Source: Felis catus (taxonomy: Eukaryota). Taken from it: a stretch of DNA of 64,000 nt. The notes under the pieces were generated by a model. It did not search any database and was not told the DNA's origin. It saw only the letters and a program-made list of their open reading frames with translations. The position numbers and the translations under genes are program-made. The DNA lies in contig NC_058368.1 in assembly GCF_018350175.1 (NCBI RefSeq), forward strand, positions 107,076,001 through 107,140,000. The letters are read 5' to 3'. This document shows, piece by piece, positions 39,033 through 49,406 of this stretch. Position 1 is the first letter of the stretch, and the number at the start of each line of letters is the position of its first letter.

Positions 39033-39311
39033 TTTTTTAAAGATTTATTTTATTTTGGAGATGGGAGAGTGTGAACGGAGGAGTGGGACAGCGGGGGAGA
39101 GAGAATCTGTTTTTTTTTTTTTTTTAATTAATTTCTTTTGAGAGAGAGAGAAAGAGCACCCAAATAGGGGTGGGGCAGAGAGAGAGGAAGAGAGAGATTC
39201 CCAAGCAGGCTCCATGCTGTCAGTGCAAAGTCTGACATGGGGTTTGAACCCACAAACTGTGAGATTATGACCTGAGCCATAACCAAGAGTCAGGACCCAC
39301 CCAGACATCCC
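39033..39311 (-). mobile_element. Composite CAN-SINE (two 3' halves, one head)
   Basis: Tail+GA block 39033-39108, second T-tail, full body; outer TSD taagtatgtatttt / taaatatgtttt. Confidence 0.9.
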
Positions 39312-39379
39312 GTAAATATGTTTTTAAAAGATCTTTCTATATTAGTACTTGAGGATTCTGATTAAAAAAACAAAAACTG

Positions 39380-40030
39380 CACAGTATTTCATTTTGTGGG
39401 TATAATTCCATGTGCTCAATAGTGTATTAGTGAACATTTAGTGTCTGACCTTTTTAGCATTTAAAAATAATGCTACAATAAATATTAATATAAATAATTT
39501 TTATACACATGTTAAAAATGTGTATAGGATGAATTCTTGAAGTAAAATCTTAGGTCAAAGGATTTGCGCTTTCTAAGTGATAATAGATCTTGTCAAATTT
39601 TGCTCTAAGTCATTTGCCACAATTTATACTTGTACCAAGAGTCTGTAAAAGTGCCTTTCCTGTCAGGTCCTTAACAATATTGTTTATGATCAATCTTGTC
39701 AAATTATATTAATCTGATTAGTGAGAAATGGCAGGTCTTCTTTTAAGCTGATTAACTTGGATTTTTAATTATGTAAAAGGCTCAAGATCCTTTTATGTAT
39801 TTGAAATCCATTTATATTTCTTTTTTTGTTGCCTATTTTTCCTTTGTGTTTTTATCTTTTCTTACTGATTTGTAGAAACACTTGAATCAATATGGAAATT
39901 GACTCTCTCTCCACCATATGTGGACAAATTATCATTTCAGTTTTCTGTTGGCCTTTTAAAACAACTTTACCATATTTTTTTTCACGCAAAGATTTTTAAA
40001 AATGCATTGTTACTTATCTTTTCCAAAGTT
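39380..40030 (-). mobile_element. Ancient L1M fragment
   Basis: 'aataatgctacaataaatatt', 'ggtcaaagg', 'caatttatact..taccaa', 'aatctgattagtgagaaatgg' antisense L1 ORF2/3' motifs. Confidence 0.7.
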
Positions 40031-40079
40031 TCTGCTTTGATGTCCCATCCTCAGTGGTCTTTCAGGTCACCTGTTAATA

Positions 40080-40265
40080 GCACTTAGCACAACAAAATTC
40101 CATCTTTGTGTGAAGTCATTCATCCAATTTCTGTCTTGTTCTCTAGACTGGAAATTCCATAAGGTCAGGCATTATCCTTCTCTAACTTTCCATGTTGTGC
40201 TTAACACATGACATAGTGCCTGCCTGCTATAGAGAGCCTCTTAGGAGATGTTTGTTGAGTGAATA
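40080..40265 (+). mobile_element. L2 3' end
   Basis: 'ctagactggaaattccataaggtcagg...atagtgcctg...tgttgagtgaataa'. Confidence 0.7.
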
Positions 40266-40636
40266 AGGGAAGGAAGTAATAAGTGATATGATGTAATTCA
40301 TTCACCTTAAATGTGTGACTGCTTATAATCCAATGTGTGTTTATCACAGGCTGTATTCCGCAGAGGTATATAAATATATCTTAAAAAAAGAAAATATGAT
40401 CCTTCACTCTTTTTTTGTCAGTACAAGTCGTTGAAGACTATATTTGAAATTACTTCATATTTGGTCTAAGAACACTGGTTATCATAAGGCCATGACATAT
40501 TTCTCATTTCTCTCTTATACAGCATCACTTTGTTCATTCAGAAAGCTGAAGTATCCTGCTTGCCAAGAAACTTGTGAAAAAAATTAGCAGTATGTCTCAG
40601 AAACAACTAACTTTGAACAGTGGTGAAAATATATAT

Positions 40637-40647
40637 TTTTTTTTTCA

Positions 40648-40689
<42 letters not shown>

Positions 40690-40816
40690 TAGGCCTCATT
40701 CTCAGTGCAGAGTCTAATGTGGGGCTTGAATGGGGCTTGAACTCATGACCCTGAGATCAAGACTCGAGCTTAAATCAAGAGTTGGACCCCCAACCAACTT
40801 AGCCATTAGGCAACCC
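40637..40816 (-). mobile_element. CAN-SINE lacking the (CT)n region, with long poly(T)
   Basis: Poly(T) abuts aagtaggc..., tRNA-like head present; 11-bp internal duplication tggggcttgaa. Confidence 0.88.
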
Positions 40817-40836
40817 AATAAAATACCTATTATAAA

Positions 40837-41056
40837 GGGGTGCTTGGGTGGCTCAGTCGGTTAAGAATACAACTTCAGCTCAGGTCATGATCTCATGGTG
40901 CATGAATTCAAGACCCGGGTTCGGCTCTGCGCTGAGGACTTAGAGCCTGGAGCCTGCTTCAGATTCCATCTCCATCTTCCTTTGTCCCTCCCCGGCTCGT
41001 GCTCTGTCTCTCTGTCTCTTTGTCTCTCTGTCAAAAATAAATAAATATTTAAAAAA
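40837..41056 (+). mobile_element. CAN-SINE
   Basis: Full body, head-to-head with the previous copy. Confidence 0.95.
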
Positions 41057-41174
41057 TGCTTTTTATAAAGATTATCACTATTTTTAAAGAGCTCATAATT
41101 TTTTAAAAGAATTGACACTTAGTTTTCAAAACTAATGATTAAGAATAATATATATCTTTCCCTCTGTTGCTTTT

Positions 41175-41255
41175 TTTTAATGTTTTTTTTTTTTTGAGAG
41201 AGAGAGACAGAGTGTGAGTGGGGGAAGGGAAGAGAGGGAAACAGAATCTGAAGTA
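41175..41255 (-). mobile_element. 5'-truncated CAN-SINE
   Basis: Tail and GA region only; TSD tctgttgctttt at 41163-41174 and 41258-41269. Confidence 0.9.
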
Positions 41256-41634
41256 CTTCTGTTGCTTTTCACAAGAGATAAGGGCATGCTAAGAATGTTT
41301 TTCTATACCTTAGTTTAAAAGCATCCTACGAGCATTCTGTGAGAATTTATCTATTGTTGCTTCTTGGTTAGGAGATGGAGTAATAATATGTGTGACATAA
41401 TTTAAAAGCCTATGTATTAGCTATTCTTCATGGTTATTTCATAAAAATTATAGTGTATTGTTTTTAAAAGATCCTTATGCTCATATAAATTGGCATCCCT
41501 TATTCTGAACATGTCTTCACCAACAGCTTTCAGCTTTCTGTATTTCTCAGTTAGGGGAATACAAAATGTCTGCACCCCTGTAATTGACATTCAGAGATTT
41601 AACCCAAAACATAATCTCATGTAAGCCAAAAAGG

Positions 41635-41636
<2 letters not shown>

Positions 41637-41675
<39 letters not shown>
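41637..41675 (+). repeat. Poly(A)39
   Basis: Uninterrupted A run with no upstream retroelement body. Confidence 0.97.
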
Positions 41676-41677
<2 letters not shown>

Positions 41678-42402
41678 GGCAGGACAAGTTAATTAAAATT
41701 CTGCCCAGTTTCCTTTAGGTTATTGATATGTAAGCCAATGCTTTTATTTAAATTTGAATTACTCTCTATGCTTTTGTTCTAGTCTTTTTAACCCATGGCT
41801 TTAACAATAGAAGATAATACTCTGTTGCCTCTGTATAAAGATAGTCCAAGATGGCTTCCTTCTGTGTCTCATTTTGTTGTCTCTTAGGAGAACTCTGTCT
41901 CTCTACCTTTTATGGCTCAGGCTTCAGGACAATTTCTATAAACTTTATAGTTAAGAAACAGTCTTTACTAGGAAAATGTACATAGCCAAGGATCAAGAAG
42001 AGAAGATACGGGTGTCTGTCTTCCTCCTGTTTCCATAGAGAAATGTGTCATGGCAAGGGTGCTTCTGGGGCCATGATCACAGAGGGGAATACATAGTCTA
42101 ATGGGTGCCGTAGAGCCTGGATTTAGGATGCTAGATGTTTAAAAGCCTGGAAATGCCAAGTGCTAGTACTTGCAGACCACGGAACTCTTGGCATATTATA
42201 TACAGTTCCCTCTGCAGATAGATGCAAGTCGGGGAAGCTGAGCTGGATGGCCCTTCCTGTCAGTAGAAAAGGGAGTTCTCATTCCAGCTAGCTTATTGTC
42301 TACATATCGTGGATATTCCCAGAGTCATTTTCAGACAGTCCTGATCCTTGTACTACAGTGAAGAAGGCACTGAGAGCAGATTAGAATCTAAAGACATAAA
42401 TA

Positions 42403-42610
42403 GGGGCATCTGGGTGGCTCAGTCGGTTGAGTGCCCGGCTCTTGATTTCAGCTCAGGTCAGGATCGCATGGTTCCCAGGTTCAAGCCCTGCCTCAGGCTA
42501 CCCACTGAGAGCGTTGAACCTGATTGGGATTCTTTCTCTCCCTCTGTCTCTGTCCCTCCCCTGCTCATTTTCTCCCTCCCTCTCTGTCTCTCTCAAATTA
42601 AAAAAAAAAA
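42403..42610 (+). mobile_element. CAN-SINE
   Basis: Full body; TSD aaagacataaata. Confidence 0.96.
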
Positions 42611-43000
42611 AAAGACATAAATAAATTTTAACATTTGGAACCTGATATGCTTATTAAGCGTGTTTTTCTGTCTTTTTTGGTGGGGGAGAGAACTTATTAT
42701 TTTAATTCATATAGCTGCATTTCCAACCTAATTGTTGTGCTCCCAAGTGGCTTTATAAATGCTTTCATTTGTTTGTTTCTGAATTATCATCTGCCTTGTT
42801 TTTAAATTTCCTGTGTACAGTCCCACTTGCCTGTGTCCCTTTGCACAGGAATGTTACCAGGACTTCTCAAGTAACTTTCTACTCAAACTGATTTGTTCTC
42901 AGCTGTCCTTCAACGACTGAAGATCAGCTGTGCGTGTCGTTAGAAACCTTGTCCTGGCTTTCGATGTTGCCGATAGGGTTGTTGCTAATTAAATTGTTAG

Positions 43001-43078
43001 GACTCTGGACAGGATATCGATGACAGCTCAGGTTCTTGTTTTGAATACTGTAATGTGGTCAGCAGCATTATTATTCAG
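43001..43078 (+). other. Candidate exon (unverified)
   Basis: ttag|...cag|gtaatg boundaries, 78 nt, two open frames, in a repeat-free CpG-retaining block; the polypyrimidine tract is poor. Confidence 0.2.
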
Positions 43079-43576
43079 GTAATGAGTTTTTCATGAGGTA
43101 CAGTGCTATATCGTAATCGACTTTGCTGGCTTGGAAGAAGAAAATTTGTCTTTGTTTCCTTTGACTGGACAGGAAGCTTTCAGAAAGCGATATTTTGTCA
43201 TTCCTTTTGGGGCTTATTGTGGTCAGGATGCCCTTTCAGATTTGTGTATGACAGATGATTCACCTAAATGGAGAGCTGATTTAAAAAAAAAAAATTAACT
43301 GAAGCCTTGTTGGAGAGGGTTGGTGGTGGCTCAAGAAGGGCAGCGTGGCATCGGGCACGCATGAAATGCTCCAGGATGAAACGGTAACTGGGGTGGGTTC
43401 AGTGTGCATCATGTCCTTAACTCATGCTCATGTGCTAAAGGAGCAAGGCATGGAGAGGTAAACAACCCAGGATAGAACAATAAAAAAAAAAAATAAATAA
43501 AGCAGAACAGAAAAATCATCTCAAAGACCACAAGAAGAAAAATTATAAAGTTCTTCCCTATACAGTATGAGACTTT

Positions 43577-43773
43577 AAAAAACATTTTTTTAATGTTTAT
43601 TTATTTTTGAGAGAGAGAGAGAGGCAGATAGAGAGGGAGACACAGAATCAGAAGCAGGCTCCAGGCTCCAAGCTGTCAGCACAGAGCCCGACTCAGGGCT
43701 CAAACTCACAAACTACAATATCATGACCTGAGCTGAAGTCGATGCTTAACCAACTGAGCCACCTGGGTGCCCC
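43577..43773 (-). mobile_element. CAN-SINE
   Basis: SINE body; TSD atacagtatgagactt / atacagtgtgagactt. Confidence 0.95.
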
Positions 43774-43810
43774 ATACAGTGTGAGACTTCGAGGTTCAAT
43801 TTTACCTAAA

Positions 43811-44020
43811 TTTTTTTAAAGTATATTTATTTAATTGAGAGAAACTATGCGAGCTTTAGTGAGGGAGGGGTAGAGAGAGGGAGAGAGAAAGAATCCAAAG
43901 TAGGCTCCATGTTGTTAGCATGGAGACTGATACGGGCCTTGAACCCACTAACCGTGAAATCGTGACCTGAGCTGAAATCAGGAGTCGGACACTTAACTGA
44001 CTGAATCACCCTGGTGCCCC
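43811..44020 (-). mobile_element. CAN-SINE (older)
   Basis: SINE body; TSD aattttacctaaatttt / aactttacccaaatttt. Confidence 0.94.
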
Positions 44021-44547
44021 ATAACTTTACCCAAATTTTGTATAATGAGAAAAAGGGAATTATCATTGCAGAGCTGGCTTATGGACCTTAAAAACTTCAA
44101 GGTTAATTCCAATGTAGAAAAAAATTTTTGAAAAATCATCCTTTGAGGTGTCATGAATCCATTTTTTTCATATCTTCTATTTTTTAGTAATGATTTATTT
44201 TTTACCTGCCTGAAGATAGATGTTAAAGCATTAGTGTTTTTGATAACTTATAAAATCCCAGTTACTGAATACATAAGTAAAAGTAGCTTTAATGTAGTTT
44301 TACTAAGACGCACTATAACTTTTTGCCCGTTGTTGAAAAGTGGCCATTTCAGAGTGATGGAGACACCTTTCATAGTCATTTTAGTGCTGAAATTTGAGAA
44401 TGCAAGAAAATAGTTTCTTATAATAAAATTGGTATGTGGCAAATTCAATTAGTCTTTAAGTCTTATAACTAGGACAGTTTTTAAGCATTTTATTCTTGGT
44501 CCACATTGCATAGAGAAATTAGTTACATGAATGAGAGCTGCTCACCT

Positions 44548-46095
44548 TATTTTTCAGCTTTATAAGATATAATTGACAAAATTGTAAGATATTTAAAGTG
44601 TACATTGTGATGATTTAGTACTGTACATTGTGAAAGAATTCTCTCCATCTAGTTACTTAACACATCCATTCATCCTTCCTTCCTCCCTCCCTCCTCTCCC
44701 TTCCTCCCTCCCTTTTATGTATGTATGTATGTATGTATGTATGTATGTATGTATTTAGAACATTTCAGTTCAACTCAGAAAATTTCAGTAATACAGTACA
44801 GTGTTCTTATCTATAGATCCTCTGACCTTATTTATTTTGTAGCTCAAAGTTTGTACTGTTTACTAACCTCTCTTATTTCCCCCCACTCTCCCCAACTTTT
44901 CTGTCCTCTGGCAACAACTTTTCTACCCTCTGTTTCTATGAGTTTGACTTATATTTTAAATTCCACATATAAGTGATACTATGCATTATTTGTTTTTTTC
45001 TGTCTGACTTAGCTTACTGCCCTCAAATTTCGTCCATGTTGTTGCAAAAAGCAAGATGTTCTTTTCTCTGAAGAGTATTAGAAATATTCATGGCTGAATA
45101 ATATTCTGGTTTTTATGCACCACATTCTTCTTCATCCACTCATTCCATCAGTGGACACTTGGGTTGTTTCCATGTCTTGGCTATTGTGAATAATGTGGCA
45201 ATGAGCATTATGGTGAATGATGCTCTGTCCCTCTCTCTGCCCCTTACTCTCTCTCAAAATAAATAAACATTTTTAAAAATTTTGTATTTTCTAAATACTG
45301 CATTGAATTACCCAAAAGGTAAATGAAGGACAGGTGCAGCACAGACGAGCAGGGTGCTGATACGTTTTTGAGTTAGTGTTTTCATTTCTTTCACATAAGT
45401 ACACAGTTGGAGTTGCTGGATTGTATGGTAGCCAATTTTTAAGAACCTTTTTTTCTGTTTGCTCCAGTGGCTGCACCAATTTACATTCCCGCCAGCAGTG
45501 CACAACATTCTCCACATCCTTGCCAACACTTGTTATCTCTTGTCTTTTTGGTTACAGCCATTCTAACAGGTGTGAGGTCTTAGCTCATTGTGGTTTTGCA
45601 TTTCAATTTCCTGACAGTTAGTGATGTTGAGTACCTACCTTTTAACATACCTGTTCACCATATATATGTTTTCTTTGGAAAAATGCCTGTTTAGATCTTC
45701 TATGGTATTGTTTGTGTTGCAGCTATTGTATTTTATGAATTCTTTATATATTTTAGATGTTAACCCTTTATCTTATGTATGATTGGCAACTATTTTCTCC
45801 CGTTTTGTAAGTTTTCCTTTCCATTTTGTTGATGGTTTCCTGTGCTATCAAGAAGCTTTTTCATTTGATGAAGTATCACTTATATTTTCTTTGGTTTCCG
45901 TTGCATTTGGTGTCCAGTCTAAATAATTATGGCCAAGACTAATGTCAAGGAACTTACAATGTTTTCTTCTAGGAGTTTTACAGTTTTAAGTCATAAATTT
46001 AAGCCTTTAATCCATTTTGAGTTGATTTTGTGTGTGACATAAGATAGGGGTCCAGCTTCATTCTTTTGCACGTGGCTGTCATGTTTTCTCAACAC
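44548..46095 (-). mobile_element. Old L1 3' portion (3' UTR plus ORF2 end), interrupted
   Basis: 'gatataattgaca', 'ggcaacaact', 'ttccacatataagtga', 'ggacacttgggttgtttccatgtcttggctattgtgaataatg', 'tccacatccttgccaacacttgtt', 'ttcttctaggagtttta' are all antisense L1 motifs. Confidence 0.92.
44672..44754. repeat. (CCTT/CCTC)n plus (TATG)n compound microsatellite
   Basis: Read directly; lies inside the L1. Confidence 0.92.
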
Positions 46096-46340
46096 TTGCT
46101 ACTGGAATTTTAGAATTGTCCTATGAACCTCATGTAACATGGATATTTATTTGTTTATTTCAAGACTGGTTTGATGGAATAGCCATTTTTTTGGTTTGTT
46201 TCTGTTTTTCCTTTGAGAACTTCATTATTTGAGATCTCTACCTGTGTAGATATTCCAAACACTTGAAGCCTTTGATGAATTGAATATTCTCTAGATTTAT
46301 GGAATCTTTATACTCACTTTAATTTACTTCACATTATAGC

Positions 46341-46563
46341 TTTTTTTTTAATTGATTAATGTTTATTCACCTTTGAGAGACAGAGAGAGACAGAGCACGA
46401 GTGGGGAGGGGCAGACAGAGAGAGGGAGGCACAGAATCCAAAGCAGGCTCCAGGCTCCAAACTATCAGCACACAGCCCCACTTGGGGCTTGAACCCACGA
46501 ACTGTGAGATCATGACCTGAACTCAAGTAGGGACTCAACCAACTGAGCCATCCAGGCACCGCC
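46341..46563 (-). mobile_element. CAN-SINE
   Basis: Full body with degenerate TSD. Confidence 0.94.
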
Positions 46564-47307
46564 ACACTCTAACTCTTGAAATGCTAAAATGTAAGAAAGA
46601 AATCATCTCTTGTTTATTTCTGAATTCAACATATAATGATCGTTGAACTCACTTTTCTTCAACTATATTTTTTCTTACCTGAACTATACAACATGAACTT
46701 GACTGTTGAGTACCAATTAACAAATAGGGCGATATCCTTCACTAAATAAGTTTGTATTTTGCAATGTTGAAGATTTTTATATATTTCCATATCAGTGGTA
46801 ATAGTTCTATTTACTTCAAAAATTTAAATTTTTCTGAAGTAGAAACCCAAACCGGAACTCGCTCACTCTTAATGATGAGTTAAAGTAAAAAAGTAAGTAA
46901 ATCTGTGATAGCTACAGTTACCTAGCTACTTGCCTGTTTGTTCTTTTTTTGTTGCTTAATAATATCTACTTGAACAAAGACCAGATAGGATGAAGCAAAA
47001 TATGAGATTTGGTTAGGGTTAGAATGAGAAGACATAAAAATAGTGTAGTCTTAAAACTTGGTATTAGGGATTGAGGTAGCTCTGAGTTATTTATTTGCTG
47101 CATATCTTTAAAAAAGGGATCATTTTTAAAGTGAATGTTTCAAAGTGATTTGGATATTATTCCAGAGACTGTGGAATAGTATTTATAAGACTAAAAGGTA
47201 ATGAGGCAGGCCTTGAATGGACTTGTCAATTAAAAATTATAGGTAGGCATATTTTAATTTTTTTATCACCTAATAATCTCATGTTATCTCAATATTATTC
47301 ATGTGTC

Positions 47308-47384
47308 ACCATTTTTATAATATGTAAATAACCACTTTTATAATATATAAAATAACCAATTTTTATAATATGTAAATAACCATT
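47308..47384. repeat. 23-24-bp AT-rich minisatellite, 3 copies plus a partial
   Basis: Unit accatttttataatatgtaaata. Confidence 0.92.
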
Positions 47385-48632
47385 ATACCAAGTTAAGTGA
47401 TGGATTGAGTATTATTGAAACATTATCTGAAAATTATGGTTTGTGCATATTTAATATTATATAATTTGAGAATTCTCTTTCAGTGCCACATATTTAAATG
47501 CAATCTATTAAATTTTTAAAACATATTATGGAATCTAGTTTTGCAAATTTCGCCTTTATTTAAATAAGAAACCAGATGAGATATTTAAAAAATCACCCAT
47601 TAAATAATCTATATCATGTCTAGTAAAAATAAAAGTTAATTTTTAAAAAATCACTCCAGTGGTATATATTGCTGTACATGAGTGCAACACATTATTGAAT
47701 TTCAACTTAAATTTACATTAACATTCTGAAGATATTGTGGAACTTTAAAATTGCATTTTCAGTCTGTAGGTATTTCCAATAAGATCTAAGCACTGTAACA
47801 CTCTTAATTACAAACTTGAAATGTGGTCAACTAAAGTATTCTAGTGAAATATGGGGTTAATGCATATATAGTCCCTAATAATTTATGTTTGGCTGTAGAA
47901 TACATTAATTCATGTATTTTTATGTTTAGTTTATCTTCATTATGTTATCAAAGACAAATATTTATTGCCTCCCTAGTCTGTTTAGAGTATTGCTAAAGAT
48001 AATGGGAATCCTAGAGACATAGATATGCAACTTTATCTACCAGGTAAATTACACATGAAAAAAATGAACAGCACACAGCGGTACGTGCTAATGTGTGTTG
48101 AATGTATGTGCCCAAAGCAGATAAGCACTGCAGGAAGTAGAGCAGTATTTGGGCCATTGGGGTCTAAGGGTAGTCATTGAACTTCATGTTTTTGAACTAT
48201 ACTTGGATATATGTAAATAAGCAGAAAACAAGAAGGAACATTTTTAAGCGGTAGAAATTTGAGTTAAGATGTGGAGTTAGAATTGTGTCTGGAAGAGGAC
48301 AGATCGTGTAGTCTGACAGTGGGTGATAGAGATGAAGAAGTGTTAGGCTCAAGAGTTTGTTCTCTGTAGCTCCTGAAGAGCTGAGGCTGACAAGTGCTGG
48401 AGAACCAATTGCGTTGGATAGATCAGAGCAAGAAGATATTTCAGTATTTGGGGCTTTTGAGGAATTTATATTATCCCGTGTAGTTATAAGCAGCAATGGG
48501 AGGGCTCTTGGCGAACTACAGTGCTGGATGACCCAGAAAACCAATCAACTCTTTGAAGAAACTGTCGATCAGTGGCTCTCACATGTTAATGTCATAATCA
48601 TTTGGGAATGTGGTTAAAAATGAAGATTCTGA

Positions 48633-48743
48633 GGGATGTCTCTGGCTGGTTCAGTTCTTAGAGCCTGTGACTCTTGATCTCGAGATTTTAAATTTGAGCC
48701 CCACGTTGGGGGTAGACTTTACCTTAAAAATAAATAAATAAAT
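48633..48743 (+). mobile_element. Short tRNA-only type CAN-SINE
   Basis: 'ctggctggttcagtt..tagagcctgtgactcttgatctc...ttgagccccacgttggg.gtaga' directly followed by an A-tail. Confidence 0.8.
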
Positions 48744-48965
48744 GGGTGCCTGGGTGGCCCAGTCAGTTAAGTGTCCTGACTCTTCATTTCAGCTCAGGTT
48801 ATGGTCTCCTGGTTCATGAGGTTGAGCCCCGCATCCGTCTCTACACTGACAGTGAGAGCCTACTTGGAATTCTCTCTCTGACTCTGTCTGTTCCTCCTCC
48901 ACTAGCACGTGCTCTCTCTCTGTCTCAAAATACATAAACATTTGAATGAGTGAATGAATGAATGA
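48744..48965 (+). mobile_element. CAN-SINE inserted in the tail of the preceding SINE
   Basis: Full body; (AATG)n tail. Confidence 0.93.
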
Positions 48966-48991
48966 ATAAATAAAATCTTAAAAAAAACAAA

Positions 48992-49095
48992 CAAGTTTCT
49001 GATTCAGTATGTCTGGAGTGTAGCCACAGATTTCTCCATTTCTAACAAGCTCCCAGGTGATACCACTGCTATATGTCCTTGGACTGCTCTTTGAG
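48992..49095. mobile_element. MER5A relic (second part, split by the SINEs)
   Basis: 'tttctgattcagta.gtctgg...catttctaacaagctcccaggtgat'. Confidence 0.8.
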
Positions 49096-49222
49096 ATGTA
49101 CAGTGGAATTTTTATCAAGTTGGTCTCTTAGGGTATAGTATATGCGCCGTAACATACTCCATTATTATGTGCTGATTTGCATTTGAAATACTGCTTTCAG
49201 ATTCTTTCCAACTACATTTATT

Positions 49223-49406
49223 ACTTGTTTAAGTGTTTATTTATTTGTTTTGTGTGTGTGAGAGGGAGAGAGAGAGAATTTCAAGCAGGCTCTGCACCGC
49301 CAGCACAGAGCCTAATGTGGGACTCAAACCCACAAACCATGAGATCATGACCTGAGCCGAAATCAAGAGTCGGATGCTTAACTGACTGAGCCACCCAGGT
49401 GCCCCC
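49223..49406 (-). mobile_element. CAN-SINE
   Basis: SINE body; TSD ccaactacattta / ccaactgcattta. Confidence 0.94.

Noticed and set aside
40350..40365. 16-nt micro-exon (cacag|gctgtattccgcagag|gtatat)
   Set aside because: Weak donor, frame-shifting length, no supporting evidence
47308..47384. 23-24-bp repeats as a CRISPR array
   Set aside because: Head-to-tail with no spacers
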